A DNA stretch of 64,000 nt from the human T2T-CHM13v2.0 reference genome, Homo sapiens: the NCBI RefSeq assembly GCF_009914755.1, contig NC_060928.1. One strand, given 5' to 3'. Each line of letters starts with the position of its first letter. Positions within the stretch are counted from its first letter, which is position 1. Positions 43,851 to 55,444 of this stretch are shown in pieces. Made by a program: the position numbers and the translations under genes. The notes under the pieces were generated by a model. It was not told the origin of the DNA. It searched no databases and was given only the letters and a program-made list of their open reading frames with translations.

Positions 43851-45029
43851 AGAACATAAAGTGCTTTACCATCTGCTGGCAATGAGCTCACTATAGAGCT
43901 GCAGAGTAACAAAGGGCTATAACTCAAATAGGCTATAACTCCAAATCTTGTCTTTATGAGTCAATAAGTATGATCAGATGTGATATTTCCACCCAAATAG
44001 ATTTCCATGGTGGTGGTTGTGTTTTTGTGTTGTTTATTTATTTATTTTTGAGAAATAAAGTCTTAGTGGTTGAGAATTTTACTCACTTCCGTACATTTTT
44101 CTTCAATACCCATAGTTCATTTTAAAATATATGTGGCTCATTTTTCCTGGTCTCTAAAAGTAATACAGCTTTGTAGGATTTTTAGACATAATTAAATATT
44201 GCCTTATTCCTCACTCAAAAGATGTTATGGGAGCTGCAGTTTTTGCCTCAGTTTTCTTTTAGCATCCTATAGCTAGAGTACTATTTCTAGGACACCTGGA
44301 TCAGTATATTTTCATAGGGTGAAAATATTTCAACTGCCAATAACAGCTAGGCTTGAGACTGACTCCCAGCAATAAGAACCGTAGTGTCTCATCCTCACTT
44401 TGCATGTATTTAAGCCTTTATTTTTCTCTTGAAAGCAGAGAAGATAAAAGATATCTTATGTCACTAAGTATAAGAATTTAGCTCTGTACCTCTGCTCATC
44501 TTATCTGAGTAAATCAGACAAGGTAAGTAAGTATGAAGCTCATTGCTCACACATATGTAGACTGAAAAAAATAATAAACATTTTATGTTCAATTCTAAAT
44601 TTTCTAAGAAGGCAATATATATTGGCTACAGTTGTTACTGGGTTTTTTTGTAATCAGAATTGACCAAAGTAGTTACAGTTTTTATGAGTGAGTTTTTATA
44701 TAATCTATGACACTAATCAGGGACTTATTTGCTTATGCAAAAACGTCATGTTTAATGTTGGCTATAAGAACTTTCCATACCTATTACTTTATTAATGACC
44801 TTGAGAACTTAATAAGTTGCCATTTTATAAAATACTTTCCAAATCAGTGATTTGCCTAAGGTCACACAGTCATGAGAGAAGTCAGAACTAGATCTCAGAA
44901 ACTCTATGGATAGAAGTTTTCCCAGAACTCCTTGTCTCAGGGAATGCATTCTCTACCCATCAGAATTTACAAAATGAATGCTTGCCTCTTTCTCCTCCCT
45001 TGCTCTTCCTTTCCCTTCCCTTCCAATCA

Positions 45030-45280
45030 GAAGACCACAGCATCACTCTGTGCTAATCCTGCCAAAGATACCTGAATTTAATCATAAGGAAACACTTTTT
45101 TTCAATGAAGTATGTTCTACAAAATAAATGGCCATAATATTCAAAAGTATCAAGGTCATAAAAGTAAAAAAGGGATTGGGAGTAGTTTCAGATTAAAAAA
45201 TACCAAAGAGACATAACAACCAAATGCAACTTGAGTTTCTGGGGTGCAATTTTTCACTATAAATGACGTTATTAAAGTAT
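45030..45280 (+). mobile_element. L1MC/ME 3'UTR fragment
   Basis: acctgaatttaatcataagga, ttcaaaagtatcaaggtcat, aagagacataacaaccaaatgcaa. Confidence 0.65.
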
Positions 45281-45439
45281 TTTGATGTCTTAAGGAGGAA
45301 AGAAGTTCTTAGTGGATATGACTACACCTGGCACCAAAGTACACATTAGTAATACTTCCTCAGAGGTACCTAAACTCTCTTGTCATATCCCAATGGTAGG
45401 AGTCAGAATTTAACACAATGTCTCTAATCTCTGATATTA

Positions 45440-45817
45440 ATTCTTTTTGAGAACACGTATATAAGTGAACAACCTTGGATGATATAAATAGTGTCTCTTC
45501 CAGAGCAAAGAGTAGGCATGCTTTCTGTTCACTATAAAAGATTAAGATTCACTAAGCTTAGGGCTCCTTTCCTATAACACAACTCACTGCGTGAACAGAT
45601 GCCATCCGGCCCTGTTTGAGTTGCCTGGGAATTGTGTCTCAGGGAACTGACACCAAAAATGCTCATTCTCTGGCTGTTGCAATTGATAAGTAATAAACTG
45701 TCTTTCATCTCTGACCCAGGAGTCTTGTGTCTTCCATCAGCATCTATGAAACGATGGCAGGTTAACCTGTTAACTTGCAAGTAGGGTAAATCTCATACCT
45801 TTTGCAATTCTTCACAG
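45440..45817 (+). mobile_element. ERVL LTR (MER54/MER74-like)
   Basis: aataaa...tctctgacccaggagtcttgtgtctt...cttgcaagtagggtaaatctca...ttcttcaca 3' end. Confidence 0.7.
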
Positions 45818-46354
45818 TTCATTCCTTCACTAGTTTTATTTGAAATGTTATGCTGATATCCAGTACCATATAGACTAATTTATAATCTTAGCTACTACCA
45901 ACTATGCCATATAAAATAACAGGGGAAAGGAAAAAATGAAGTAAAAATGTAATCAGTTACATACACATATGACATACACAAGGCAAGATGAAATATAACC
46001 ATTACAATACTCATTCTGTAGCTGATCAAAGGCCAAAATTTGTAACTTGTTTCTCCAATATCCCTTTTATGGTCCCCTTTACCCTTGGTTGCACTTCAGA
46101 AGGTCTGAGTTCTTTATTTATCTAATGTGATGACTAAATAATACATTATGGTTTATGCAATGAAATACATGTCTCAAAATGGAAGAAACTCACATATATA
46201 AATGTTGTTGATGAAGTGACAAAAGAAGGCACATAGGGTGGTATCACTTACACTAAAACAATATATATTTAGGGATTTCATATATATGTGTATTACATAT
46301 ATGATATATGTATAGCAAAACTATAATGACAAAAAAAGAAGGTGACAAAAATTA

Positions 46355-46783
<429 letters not shown>

Positions 46784-47085
46784 TCACACATTCAAGAGTT
46801 AGATAATCTTCTATTTGTTGGGCTGGGTGACATATACAGATATTTGTTTTATTAATATTTTATGATATGTGTATTTGTTGGACATATAAGTGATATTCAA
46901 AGCCTTTCTAACCTAGCCACAGAAAATCAGTGTAAAACAGCACAAGGCATCTTGGAGATACTGTGGATTCAGTTCCAGACCACCATAATAAAACAAATAT
47001 TGCAATAAAGCAAGTCACATTAATTTTTTATTTCCCAGTGCATGTAAAAAATTATGTTTACACATAATGAGAATACAATATACAC

Positions 47086-47278
47086 AGAGAACTAGAATTA
47101 AAAGTGGAGCCTGAAGATGGGATTGAATTGCTGCAATCTCATGACAAAACTTGAATGGATGAGGAGTTGCTTCTTATGGGTTAGCAAAGTGGTTTCTTGA
47201 GATGGAATCTACTCCTGGTGAAGATGCTGTGAACATTGTTGAAATGACAATAAAGGATTTAGAATATTTCATAAACTT
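47086..47278 (+). repeat. Inverted copy of Tigger1 segment 47688-47880
   Basis: 193 bp reverse-complement match, e.g. gaagatgctgtgaacattgttgaaatgacaataaaggatttagaatat. Confidence 0.9.
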
Positions 47279-48429
47279 TCCGTACACTTGAATGTATATT
47301 TAAAGTAACTCACTGAGTATCTGGTAGTTTATTTACTGTGCAATAGCCTTATGTCTAAAGAAATGTACACACCTTAATTTTAAAAATACCTTATTTTTAA
47401 AAAATGCTAACGATCATCTAAATCTTCAGTTAGTTTTTGTTGGTGGAGGGTCTTGCCTCCATGTTGATGGCTGCTGACTGATCAGGGTGGTGGTCACTGA
47501 AGGTTGGAGTGGCTGTGGCAATTACTGAAAAATAAGACAATAATGAAGTTTGCTGCATCCATTGACTCTTCCTTTCACAAAAGATTTCTCTGTAGTATGT
47601 GATACTGATGAATAGCGTTTTACCCACAGTAGAACTTCTTTCAAAATTGAAGTCATCCTCTCAAATCCTGCTACTGCTTTCTCAACTAAGTTTATGTCAT
47701 ATTCTAAATCCTTTATTGTCATTTCAACAATGTTCACAGCATCTTCACCAGCAGTAGTTTTCATCTCAAGAAACCACTTTGCTGATCCATAAGAAGCAAC
47801 TTGTCATCCATTCAAGTTTAATTACGAGATTGCAACAACTCAGTTACATCGTCAGGCTCCACTTCTAATTCTAGTTCTCTTGCTATTTCCATCACATAGG
47901 CACTTACTTCCTCCACTGAAGCATTTAACCCCTCAAAGTCATCTGTGAAGGTTGGCATCAACCTCTTCCAAACTCCTGTTCATGTTGATATTTTGACCAT
48001 TTCCGATGAATTGTGAATATTCTTAATGGGATCTAGAATCGTGACTCTTTTCCAGAAGGTTTTCAATTTACTATGCCCAGATCCATCAGAGGAATTGCTG
48101 TCTATGACAGCTATAGCTTATAAAATGTTTTTCTTATTTAATAACACTTGAAAGTTGAAATTCCTCCTTGATCCACGGACTGCAGAATGCATGTTGTGTT
48201 GGAGGAATGAGAACAATATTCAACTCCTTGTATATCTCCATGAGAGCTCTTGAGTGACCAGGTACATTGTCAATGAGCAGTAATATTTTGAAAAGTATCT
48301 TTTTTTTCTAAGTAATACGTCTCAACAATGGGCTTAAAATATTCCATAAACTATGCTGTAAACAGATGTGCTGTCATCCAGGCTTTGTTGTTTCATTTAT
48401 AGAGCACAGGCAGAGTAGATTTAGCATAA

Positions 48430-48826
48430 TTCATGCACGTCAGTGTGAAGAGACCACTAAACAGGCTTTGTGTGAGCAACAAGCCTGTTTATTTCACCTG
48501 GGTGCAGGCGGGCTGAGTCCGAAAAGAGAGTCAATGAAGAGAGATAAGGGTGGGGCCATTTTATAGGATTTGGGTAAAGGAAAATTACAGTCAAAGGGGA
48601 TTTGTTCTCTGGCGGGCAGGAGTGGGGATTGAAAGGTTCTCAGTAGGGGAGCTTTTGAGCCAGGATGAGCCAGGAGAAGGAATTTCACAAGACAGTGTCA
48701 TCAGTTAAGGCAGGAACAGGCCATTTTCACTTCTTTTGTGATTCTTCAGTTACTTCAGGCCATCTGGGCATATAGGTGCAAGTCACTGGGGATGCGATGG
48801 CTTGGCTTGGGCTCAGAGGCCTGACA
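48430..48826 (-). repeat. HERV-H 3' LTR (LTR7)
   Basis: Minus strand TGTCAGGCCTCTGAGCCCAAGC...; AATAAA at 48493-48488; preceded by PPT AAGAAGGCAGGAA (~48839-48827). Confidence 0.96.
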
Positions 48827-49686
48827 TTCCTGCCTTCTTATATTACTAAGACAAATAAAATGAAATAGTGCTACAAAATAGTGTTGAAGTGTTGGGGAGG
48901 TGAAAATTTTGGGGGGGTGGTATGGAGAGAGAGAATGGGCGATGTTTCTCAGGGCTGCTTCAAGCGGGATTAGGGGTGGCGTGGGAACCTAGAGTGGGAG
49001 AGATTAAGCTGAAGGGAGGTCTTGTGGTAAGGGGTGATATTGTGGGGCTGTTAGAAGAAACATTTGTCGTATAGAATGATTGGTGATGGCCTGGATACGG
49101 TTTTGGATGAATTGAGAAACTAAACAGAAGATACAAGGTCCAAATAAAAGGAGAAAAATGGGTATTAGAGGACTAAGAATTGGGAGGACCTAGGACATCT
49201 AATTAGAGAGTGCCTAACAAGATTCAGCATAGTCCTGCCAGCAAAGATTATTGATTTACTTTAAGAGTTAAGAGTGGCAGTTTGGGGATAGCACCAGGAG
49301 ATATCAACTGTCATGACTTGGAGTAACAGTGTAAACCGGCAGTGTAAACAAGAGCAGGGCATGTATGAGTAGTTGCGAATGGTGAATAGAAGTCTGTCTA
49401 GACAGAAGATAGTAGGGATGACAAGTTTTTGGGGGCACAGTCTAAGTTGGTCTGGGGTCTGGAATGAGACTGGGGCTTAATAAAAAGGAGCATCCATACA
49501 GGAGCTCAAATGGGCTGTACCCTGTAGCATTCCAAGGACAGGCCTGAATTCTGAGAAGGGAAAGTGGTAAAAGTATTTCCAGTCCTTTTTAAGTTGGTGA
49601 CTGAGCTTGGTGAGGTGTGTTTTTAAAAGACCATTAGTCTGTTCTACCTTTCCTGAAGACTGAGGTCCGTAAGGGATATAAATGTT

Positions 49687-50424
49687 TCACTGAATACCAA
49701 GAGCCTGAAAAAATGCTTGGCTGATTTGACTAATAAAGGCCGGTCTGCTATCAGACTGTATAGAGGTGGGAAGGCCAAACCGAGGAATTACGTCTGACAG
49801 AAGGGAAGAAATGACTGCGATGGCCTTCTTAGACCCTGTAGGAAAGGCCTCTACCCATCCAGTGAAAGTGTCTACCCAGACTAAGAGGTATTTTAGTTTT
49901 CTGACTCGGGGCATGTGAGTAAAGTCAATTTCCCAGTCCTGGGCAGGGGCAAATCCCCGAGCTTGATGTGTAGGAAAGGGAGGAGGCCTGAATAATCCCT
50001 GAGGGGTAGTAGAATAGCAGATGGAACACTGAGAAGTGATTTCCTTGAGGATAGATTTCCAGGATGGAAAGGAAATGAGAGGTTCTAAGAGACGGGCTAG
50101 CGGCTCATAACCTACATGGAAGAGGTTATGAAATGACGACAGAATAGAATGGGCATGTGAGGCTGGAAGGAGATATTTTCCTTGGTCTAAGAACCATTTG
50201 CCTTGTGTGGGAAGAGATTGATAGATGGAAGTTTCAGCGGGGGAGTAGGTGGGAGTGACTCGTGTGAAGGAGAAAAACTGGCCGTGAGGGACAGAAGTTG
50301 GAAAGCTAGCTGCTTGTCTAGCCACCTTATCAGCATAAGCGTTGCCTAGAGCAATGGGATCTGACGCCTTTTGATGGCCTTTGTAGTGAATGACTCTAGC
50401 TTTCTTTGGAAGTAAAGCGGCCAT
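49687..50424 (-). pseudogene. HERV-H pol: RNase H C-terminus and integrase fragment
   Basis: HYKGHQK..GNAYADKVA; HHCC finger (HNLFH...CSIC); WEIDFTHMP, VDTFTGWVEAFP, IQSD. Premature stop before the catalytic Glu region. Confidence 0.93.
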
Positions 50425-51269
50425 GAGCAGAGTTTTTATTAAAGAGGCATTAATGATGGAGGACCCTTGCGTGGTGAGGGAATCTCTTTCAGCCTATATA
50501 ATAGCTTGGTGGTGCAGAATATAAAAGGCATATTTAGAGTCAGTATAAATATTGACGTGTAGTCCTTTTGCAAGAGTGAGGGCTTGAGTTAAGGCAACTA
50601 ATTCGGCTTGCTGAGAGGTAGTGGAGTGGGGCAGAGTGGTAGCCTCAATGATAGATGTGGAAGATGCTGTAGCATAGCCTGCCTTCGCTGGTGAGTGGCG
50701 ATCAGGTCTGGTGGAACTGCCATCAATAAACTAAATGTGATCAGGGTGAGGAACAGGAAAGAAGGAAATATGGGGAAATGGGGTGAATGTCAGGTGGATC
50801 AGAGAGATACAGTCATAAGGGTCAAGTGTGGTATCCAGAATAATGTGGGAGGCCGGATTGAAGTCCGTGCTGGGAAAAATGGTAATTGTGGGAGACTCAA
50901 CAAAGAGTGAGTATAGCTGAAGGAGACGGGGAGCAGAAAGTATATGTGTCAGGTATGAGGAAGAAAATAGATTTTGGAAGTTATGAGAAATGTAGAGAGT
51001 GAGTTGAGCATAGTTTGTGATTTTTAGGGCCTCTAAAAGTATGAAAGCAGCGGCAGCTGCTGCATGCAGACATGAGGGCTAGGCTAAAACAGTAAGGTCA
51101 AGTTGTTTGGACAGAAGGGCTACAGGGTGCGGTCCCAGCTCTTGTGTAAGAATTCTGACCGCACTAACCATGCCTAGAAGGAAAGGAGTTGTTGTTTTGT
51201 AAGGGATTGAGGTTTGGGAGATTAGTTGGACACAATCAGCAGGGACAGCAGGTGTGTTTTTATGAGAAT

Positions 51270-51773
51270 TATGCCAAGATAGGTAACAGATGAGGATGAA
51301 ATTTGGGCTTGACTGAAGTAAAGGGGGCTGTCTGTGAAGCCTTGTGGCAGTACAGCCCAGGTAATTTGCTGAGCCTGATGGGTGACAGGGTCGGTCTAAG
51401 TGAAAGCCAAGGGAGGCTGGGATGAAGGGTGCAAAGGAATAGTAAAGAAAGCATGTTTGAGATCTAGAACAGAATAATGGGTTGTAGAAGGAGGTATTGA
51501 GGATAGGAGAGTATATGGGTTTGGCACCACGGGGTGGATAGGCAAAACAATTTGGTTGATAAGGCGCAGATCCTGAACTAACCTGTAAGTCTTGTCTGGT
51601 TTTAGGACAGGTAAAATGGGGGAATGGTAAGGAGAGTTTATAGGTTTTAGAAGCCCATGCTGTAGCAGGCGAGTGATAACAGGCTTTAATCCTTTTAAAG
51701 CATGTTGTGGGATGGGATATTGGCGTTGAGCGGGGTAAGGGTGATTAGGTTTTAATGGGATGGTAATGGGCAT
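51270..51773 (-). pseudogene. HERV-H reverse transcriptase fragment lacking YxDD
   Basis: YRLVQDLRLIN, YSVLDLKHAFFTIPLHP, stop at 51396, then WAVLPQGFTDSPLYFSQA|QISSSSVTYLG, i.e. an in-frame deletion of the YxDD segment. Confidence 0.92.
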
Positions 51774-51975
51774 GTGATTGGTTGCCAGGGAAGGAGTAGA
51801 GATGTCTCATACTTGTGGGTTAAGTGGGGAGATAAAAGGGGAGGATGTGAAGGAGGCTTTGAACTGGGAGAAAAGGTGGCAATGAGGTGTGGCTGTAGCC
51901 CAGGAATAGTCAGGGTAGCAGATAATTTAGTTAAAGTGTCTCAGCCTAATAAGGGAACTGGGCAGGTGGGGATAA

Positions 51976-52164
51976 CTAAAAGGAGTGCTTAAAAGAGTAT
52001 TGTGTAAGTTGGCACCAGAGTTGGGGAGTTTTAAGAGGTTTAGAAGCCTGGCCGTCAATACCCACAACAGTTATGGAGGCAAGGGAAACAGGCCCTTGAA
52101 AAGAAGGTAATGTGGAGTGGGTAGCCTCTATATTGATTAAGAAGGGGACGGACTTACCTTCCAC
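51976..52164 (-). pseudogene. HERV-H protease fragment (inactive)
   Basis: FLINIEATHS where an active protease has FLxDTGA. Confidence 0.85.
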
Positions 52165-52332
52165 TATGAAAGTTACCTAAAGCTTGGCATCCATGATGGT
52201 CTAGGGGTCTTCCGAGGTGATCAGGCAGTGTCAGTCTTCAGCCACTAAGCCGAGAAGATCTGGGAAGGAGTCAGTCAGAGAGCCTTGGGCCAGAGTTCCA
52301 GGGGCTCTGGGAGTGGCTGCCAGGTGAGTTGA

Positions 52333-52440
52333 ACAGTCCGATCTTCAGTGGGGTCCCGCACAGATGGGACATGGCTTAGGAGGAATCCTGGGCTGCAGGC
52401 ATTCCTTGACCCGGTGGCCAGATTTCCAGCACTTGTAGCA
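52333..52440 (-). pseudogene. HERV-H gag nucleocapsid zinc knuckles
   Basis: Hand translation: CYKCWKSGHRVKEC...CPICAGPH*RSDC; the second knuckle has a TGA stop. Confidence 0.88.
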
Positions 52441-53537
52441 AGCTCCTGTGGGAGGAGGTTCTGGAGGAACGCCTGGCTGCTACAGTTCCGGCATTTGGAA
52501 GTTCTTGTGTGCTGGAGATGTGGATGGGGTTTGTCTCATAGCGGAGGCAAGGAATTGCAACTTTTTTCTATTATTGTACACCTTGAAGGCGAGGTTAATT
52601 AAGTCCTGTTGTGGGGTTTGAGGGCTGGAATTTAATTTTTGGAGTTTTATTTAATGTTGGGAGCAGATTGGGTAATAAAATGTATATTGAGAATAAGACG
52701 GCTTTTTGACCTTTTAGGGTCTAGGGCTGTACAGCATGTCAGTGTTGCTGCCAAACGAGCCATGAACTGGGCTGGGTTTTTATATTTGATTAAAAAGAGC
52801 CTAAATGCTCTCCGATTTGGGATAAGGAAAAAGGAGCATTAACCTTGACTATGCCTTTAGCTGCAGCCACCTTTTTAAGAGGAAATTGCTGGGCAGGTGA
52901 GGGAGGGCTACTCATGGAATGAAACTGTAAGCCGGACCAGGTGTGAGGAGGGGAGGTGATAAAAGGATTATAGGGTGGAGGAGCAGAGGCTGAGGAAGAA
53001 TTGGGACCTAGCTTGGCCTGGCGAGGAGGGGAGAGGTCAGATGGGTCTGTAGAAAAGGAAGATTAGAAAGACTCAGTGACGCTTGGGGTTGTGACTGAGG
53101 GGACAGGCGAGAGGGAAAGAAGGAAGATTAGGGATGAGTTGCACTGGGAACAGAGACTAGGGAGGGACTGATGTGTAAAAGAATGCCTGGATGTCAGGCA
53201 CCTTAGACCGTTTGCCCATTTTACGACAAGAATTATTTAGATCTTGTAGGATGGAAAAATTGAAAGTGCTGCTTTCTGGCTATTTGGAACCACTGTGGAG
53301 TTTGTATTGGGGTCAAGCAGCATTGCAGAAGAAAATAAGGCATTTAGGTTTTAGGTCAGGTGTGAGTTGAAGAGGTTTTAGGTTTTTAAGAACACAGGCT
53401 AAGGGAGAAGAAGGGAGAATGGAGGGAGAATGGAGGGCAGAAGCTTACCCGTAGTGAAGGAGGCAAGCCCAGAGAAAAGAGAGAGTAGAGACATGGAGAG
53501 AAGGGCTTGGGGGTTCTTGCCCCCCAGAAAAGTGGTG

Positions 53538-53820
53538 AAGGGGTTGGGGTGTGGAAATAAGGGGTTGGTGCACAGAGATAAGAGGTCAGGACATGGAAAT
53601 AAGGGATCGGGGCACAGAGATAAGAGGTTGGGGCATGGAAATAAGGGATCAGGGTGCAGAGATAAGAGGTTGGGGTGTGGAAATAAGGGATCGGGGTGCA
53701 GAGATAAGGGGTTGGGGCATGGAAATAAGGGATTGGGGCACAGAGATAAGGGATCAGGGCATGGAAATAAGGGATCGGGGCACAGAGATAAGGGGTCAGG
53801 GTGCGGAAATAAGGGATCAG
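53538..53820. repeat. 21-bp minisatellite (~13 units, 42-bp alternation) in the HERV-H leader
   Basis: Alternating ...GGAAATAAG (7x) and ...AGAGATAAG (6x) units; 7-aa periodicity in ORFs 53430 and 53551. Confidence 0.95.
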
Positions 53821-54219
53821 TGGGTTCTTGTCCCCCAGAAAAGCAGAGAAGGGGTAGAGACAGGGAGAGAAGGGGTCAGGGTTCTTGTCCCTCCCCCAGA
53901 AAAGCAGGACTTGCCGCTAGCTAAGAGTGAAGGACCAAGGCAGGCATCCCTACGTGGTCAGACACCTCTGAAACATGGGTGAATAATCAGAGAGGCATCC
54001 CTGCAATGATTAAACACCAAGGGAAGGCTGCCTTCCCGAGTCCATGACTGGCGCCGAAGTTTTGGGTCCACGGATAAAACGTGTCTCCTTTGTCTCTACC
54101 AGAAAATAAAAGGAATTGAAATTAAGAGAAGGGAGAGATTGAAGGGTAGTGCCAAGATTGAAAGGAGAAAGTGGTTGAGGGATAGTGAGAGAGGTTGGAG
54201 AAGAGAGTAAAGAGAGGCT

Positions 54220-54228
54220 GCTTACCCG
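54220..54228 (-). promoter_or_regulatory. HERV-H major splice donor
   Basis: Minus strand AAATCGG|GTAAGC (exon ends 54226), ~145 nt past the 5' LTR, the usual HERV-H position. Confidence 0.8.
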
Positions 54229-54351
54229 ATTTAAAATTGTTGAGATGTTCCTTGGGCTGGTGGGTCTGAGTACCTGAGGTCCTAAGTGGATCTTTCTCAC
54301 GGAGCAAAGAGCAGGAGGACAGGGGATTGATCTCCCAAGGGAGGACCCCCA

Positions 54352-54369
54352 ATCCAAGTCACGGCACCA
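54352..54369 (-). other. Primer binding site (tRNA-His)
   Basis: TGGTGCCGTGACTTGGAT; one mismatch to TGGTGCCGTGACTCGGAT. Confidence 0.93.
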
Positions 54370-54371
54370 AA

Positions 54372-54766
54372 TTTCATGCGTGTCTGTGTGAAGAGACAAA
54401 GCAGGCTTTGTGTGAGCAACAAGGCTGTTTATTTCACCTGGGTGCAGGTGGGCTGAGTCCAAAAAGAGAGTCAATGAAGGGAGATAAGGGTGGGGCCGTT
54501 TTATAGGATTTGGGTAAACGAAAATTACAGTCAAAGGGGATTTGTTCTCTGGCAGGCAAGAGTGGGGATCGCAAGGTGCTCAGTAGCAGAGTTTTTGAGC
54601 CAGGATGAGCCAGGAGAAGGAATTTCACAAGACAATGTCATCAGTTAAGGCAGGAACAGACCATTTTCACTTCTTTTGTGATTCTTCAGTTACTTCAGGC
54701 CATCTGGGCATATAGGTGCAAGTCACTGGGGATGCGATGGCTTGGCTTGGGCTCAGAGGCCTAACA
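54372..54766 (-). promoter_or_regulatory. HERV-H 5' LTR (LTR7) promoter
   Basis: TGTTAGGCCTCTGAGCC...CATGAAA; TATAAAA at 54505-54499; CCCCACCC GT box at 54495-54488. Confidence 0.95.
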
Positions 54767-55444
54767 CTAACAGCTCTAGGATTTTCAGAATGATAAATGA
54801 ACGTTGGTTTTGACATAAAGTCACAAGCTGCATTAGCCCCTAACAAGAGAGTCAGCCTGTCCTTTGAAGTTTGAAAGCCAGGCACTGACTTCTCTTTAGC
54901 TAGGAAAGTCCTAGATGGCATCTTCTTCCAATGTAACTGTTTTGTCCACATTGAAAATCTGTTGTTTAGCCACTTTCATTCTTTGTCTTAGCTAGGTCTT
55001 GTGGACAACTTACTGCAGCTTCTCCATCAGCACTTGCTGTTTTACTTTGTACTTTTATATTATGGAGACAACTTCTTTCCTTAAACCTCATGAACCAACT
55101 TTTGCTAGCTTCCAACTCTTCTTCTGCGGTATTCTCCTCTTTCAGCCTTCATAGAATTGAAGAGAGATAGGGTCTTGCTCTGCATGAGGCTTTGGCTTAA
55201 GGGAATGTTCTAGCTGCTTTGATCTTCTATCCAGACCACTCGAACTTTTTCTCTATCAGCAATAAGACTGCTTCACTTTCGTATCATTCACCTGTTTACT
55301 GGGGTAGCACTTTTAGTTTCTTTCAAGAACTTTTCCTTTGCATTCACAACTTGGCTGTTTGGCACAAGAGGCCTGGCTTTCAGCCTTTTGACATACCTAC
55401 CTCACTAAGCTTATTTCTAGCCTTTAACTTGAAGTGAGGGTCAC

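Larger units (their letters stand above)
48430..54766 (-). mobile_element. HERV-H provirus (deleted RTVL-H type), two LTR7, ~6.3 kb
   Basis: Paired LTRs, tRNA-His PBS, gag/pro/pol remnants, PPT, and only a short env remnant. Confidence 0.97.

Noticed and set aside
53538-53820. Regularly spaced repeats that superficially resemble a CRISPR array
   Set aside because: There are no unique spacers and no cas genes; this is a eukaryotic retroviral leader minisatellite.
53430-53982. Two repetitive ORFs (164 and 143 aa) with 7-aa periodicity
   Set aside because: They are antisense to HERV-H and stay open only because a stop-free 21-bp unit is repeated; there is no evidence of translation.
54352-54369. 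tRNA-His-like sequence
   Set aside because: It is only the 18-nt retroviral PBS, not a tRNA gene.
54010-54534. 174-aa minus-strand ORF
   Set aside because: It spans LTR R/U5, the PBS and the leader, starts upstream of the expected TSS and shows no protein homology I recognise.
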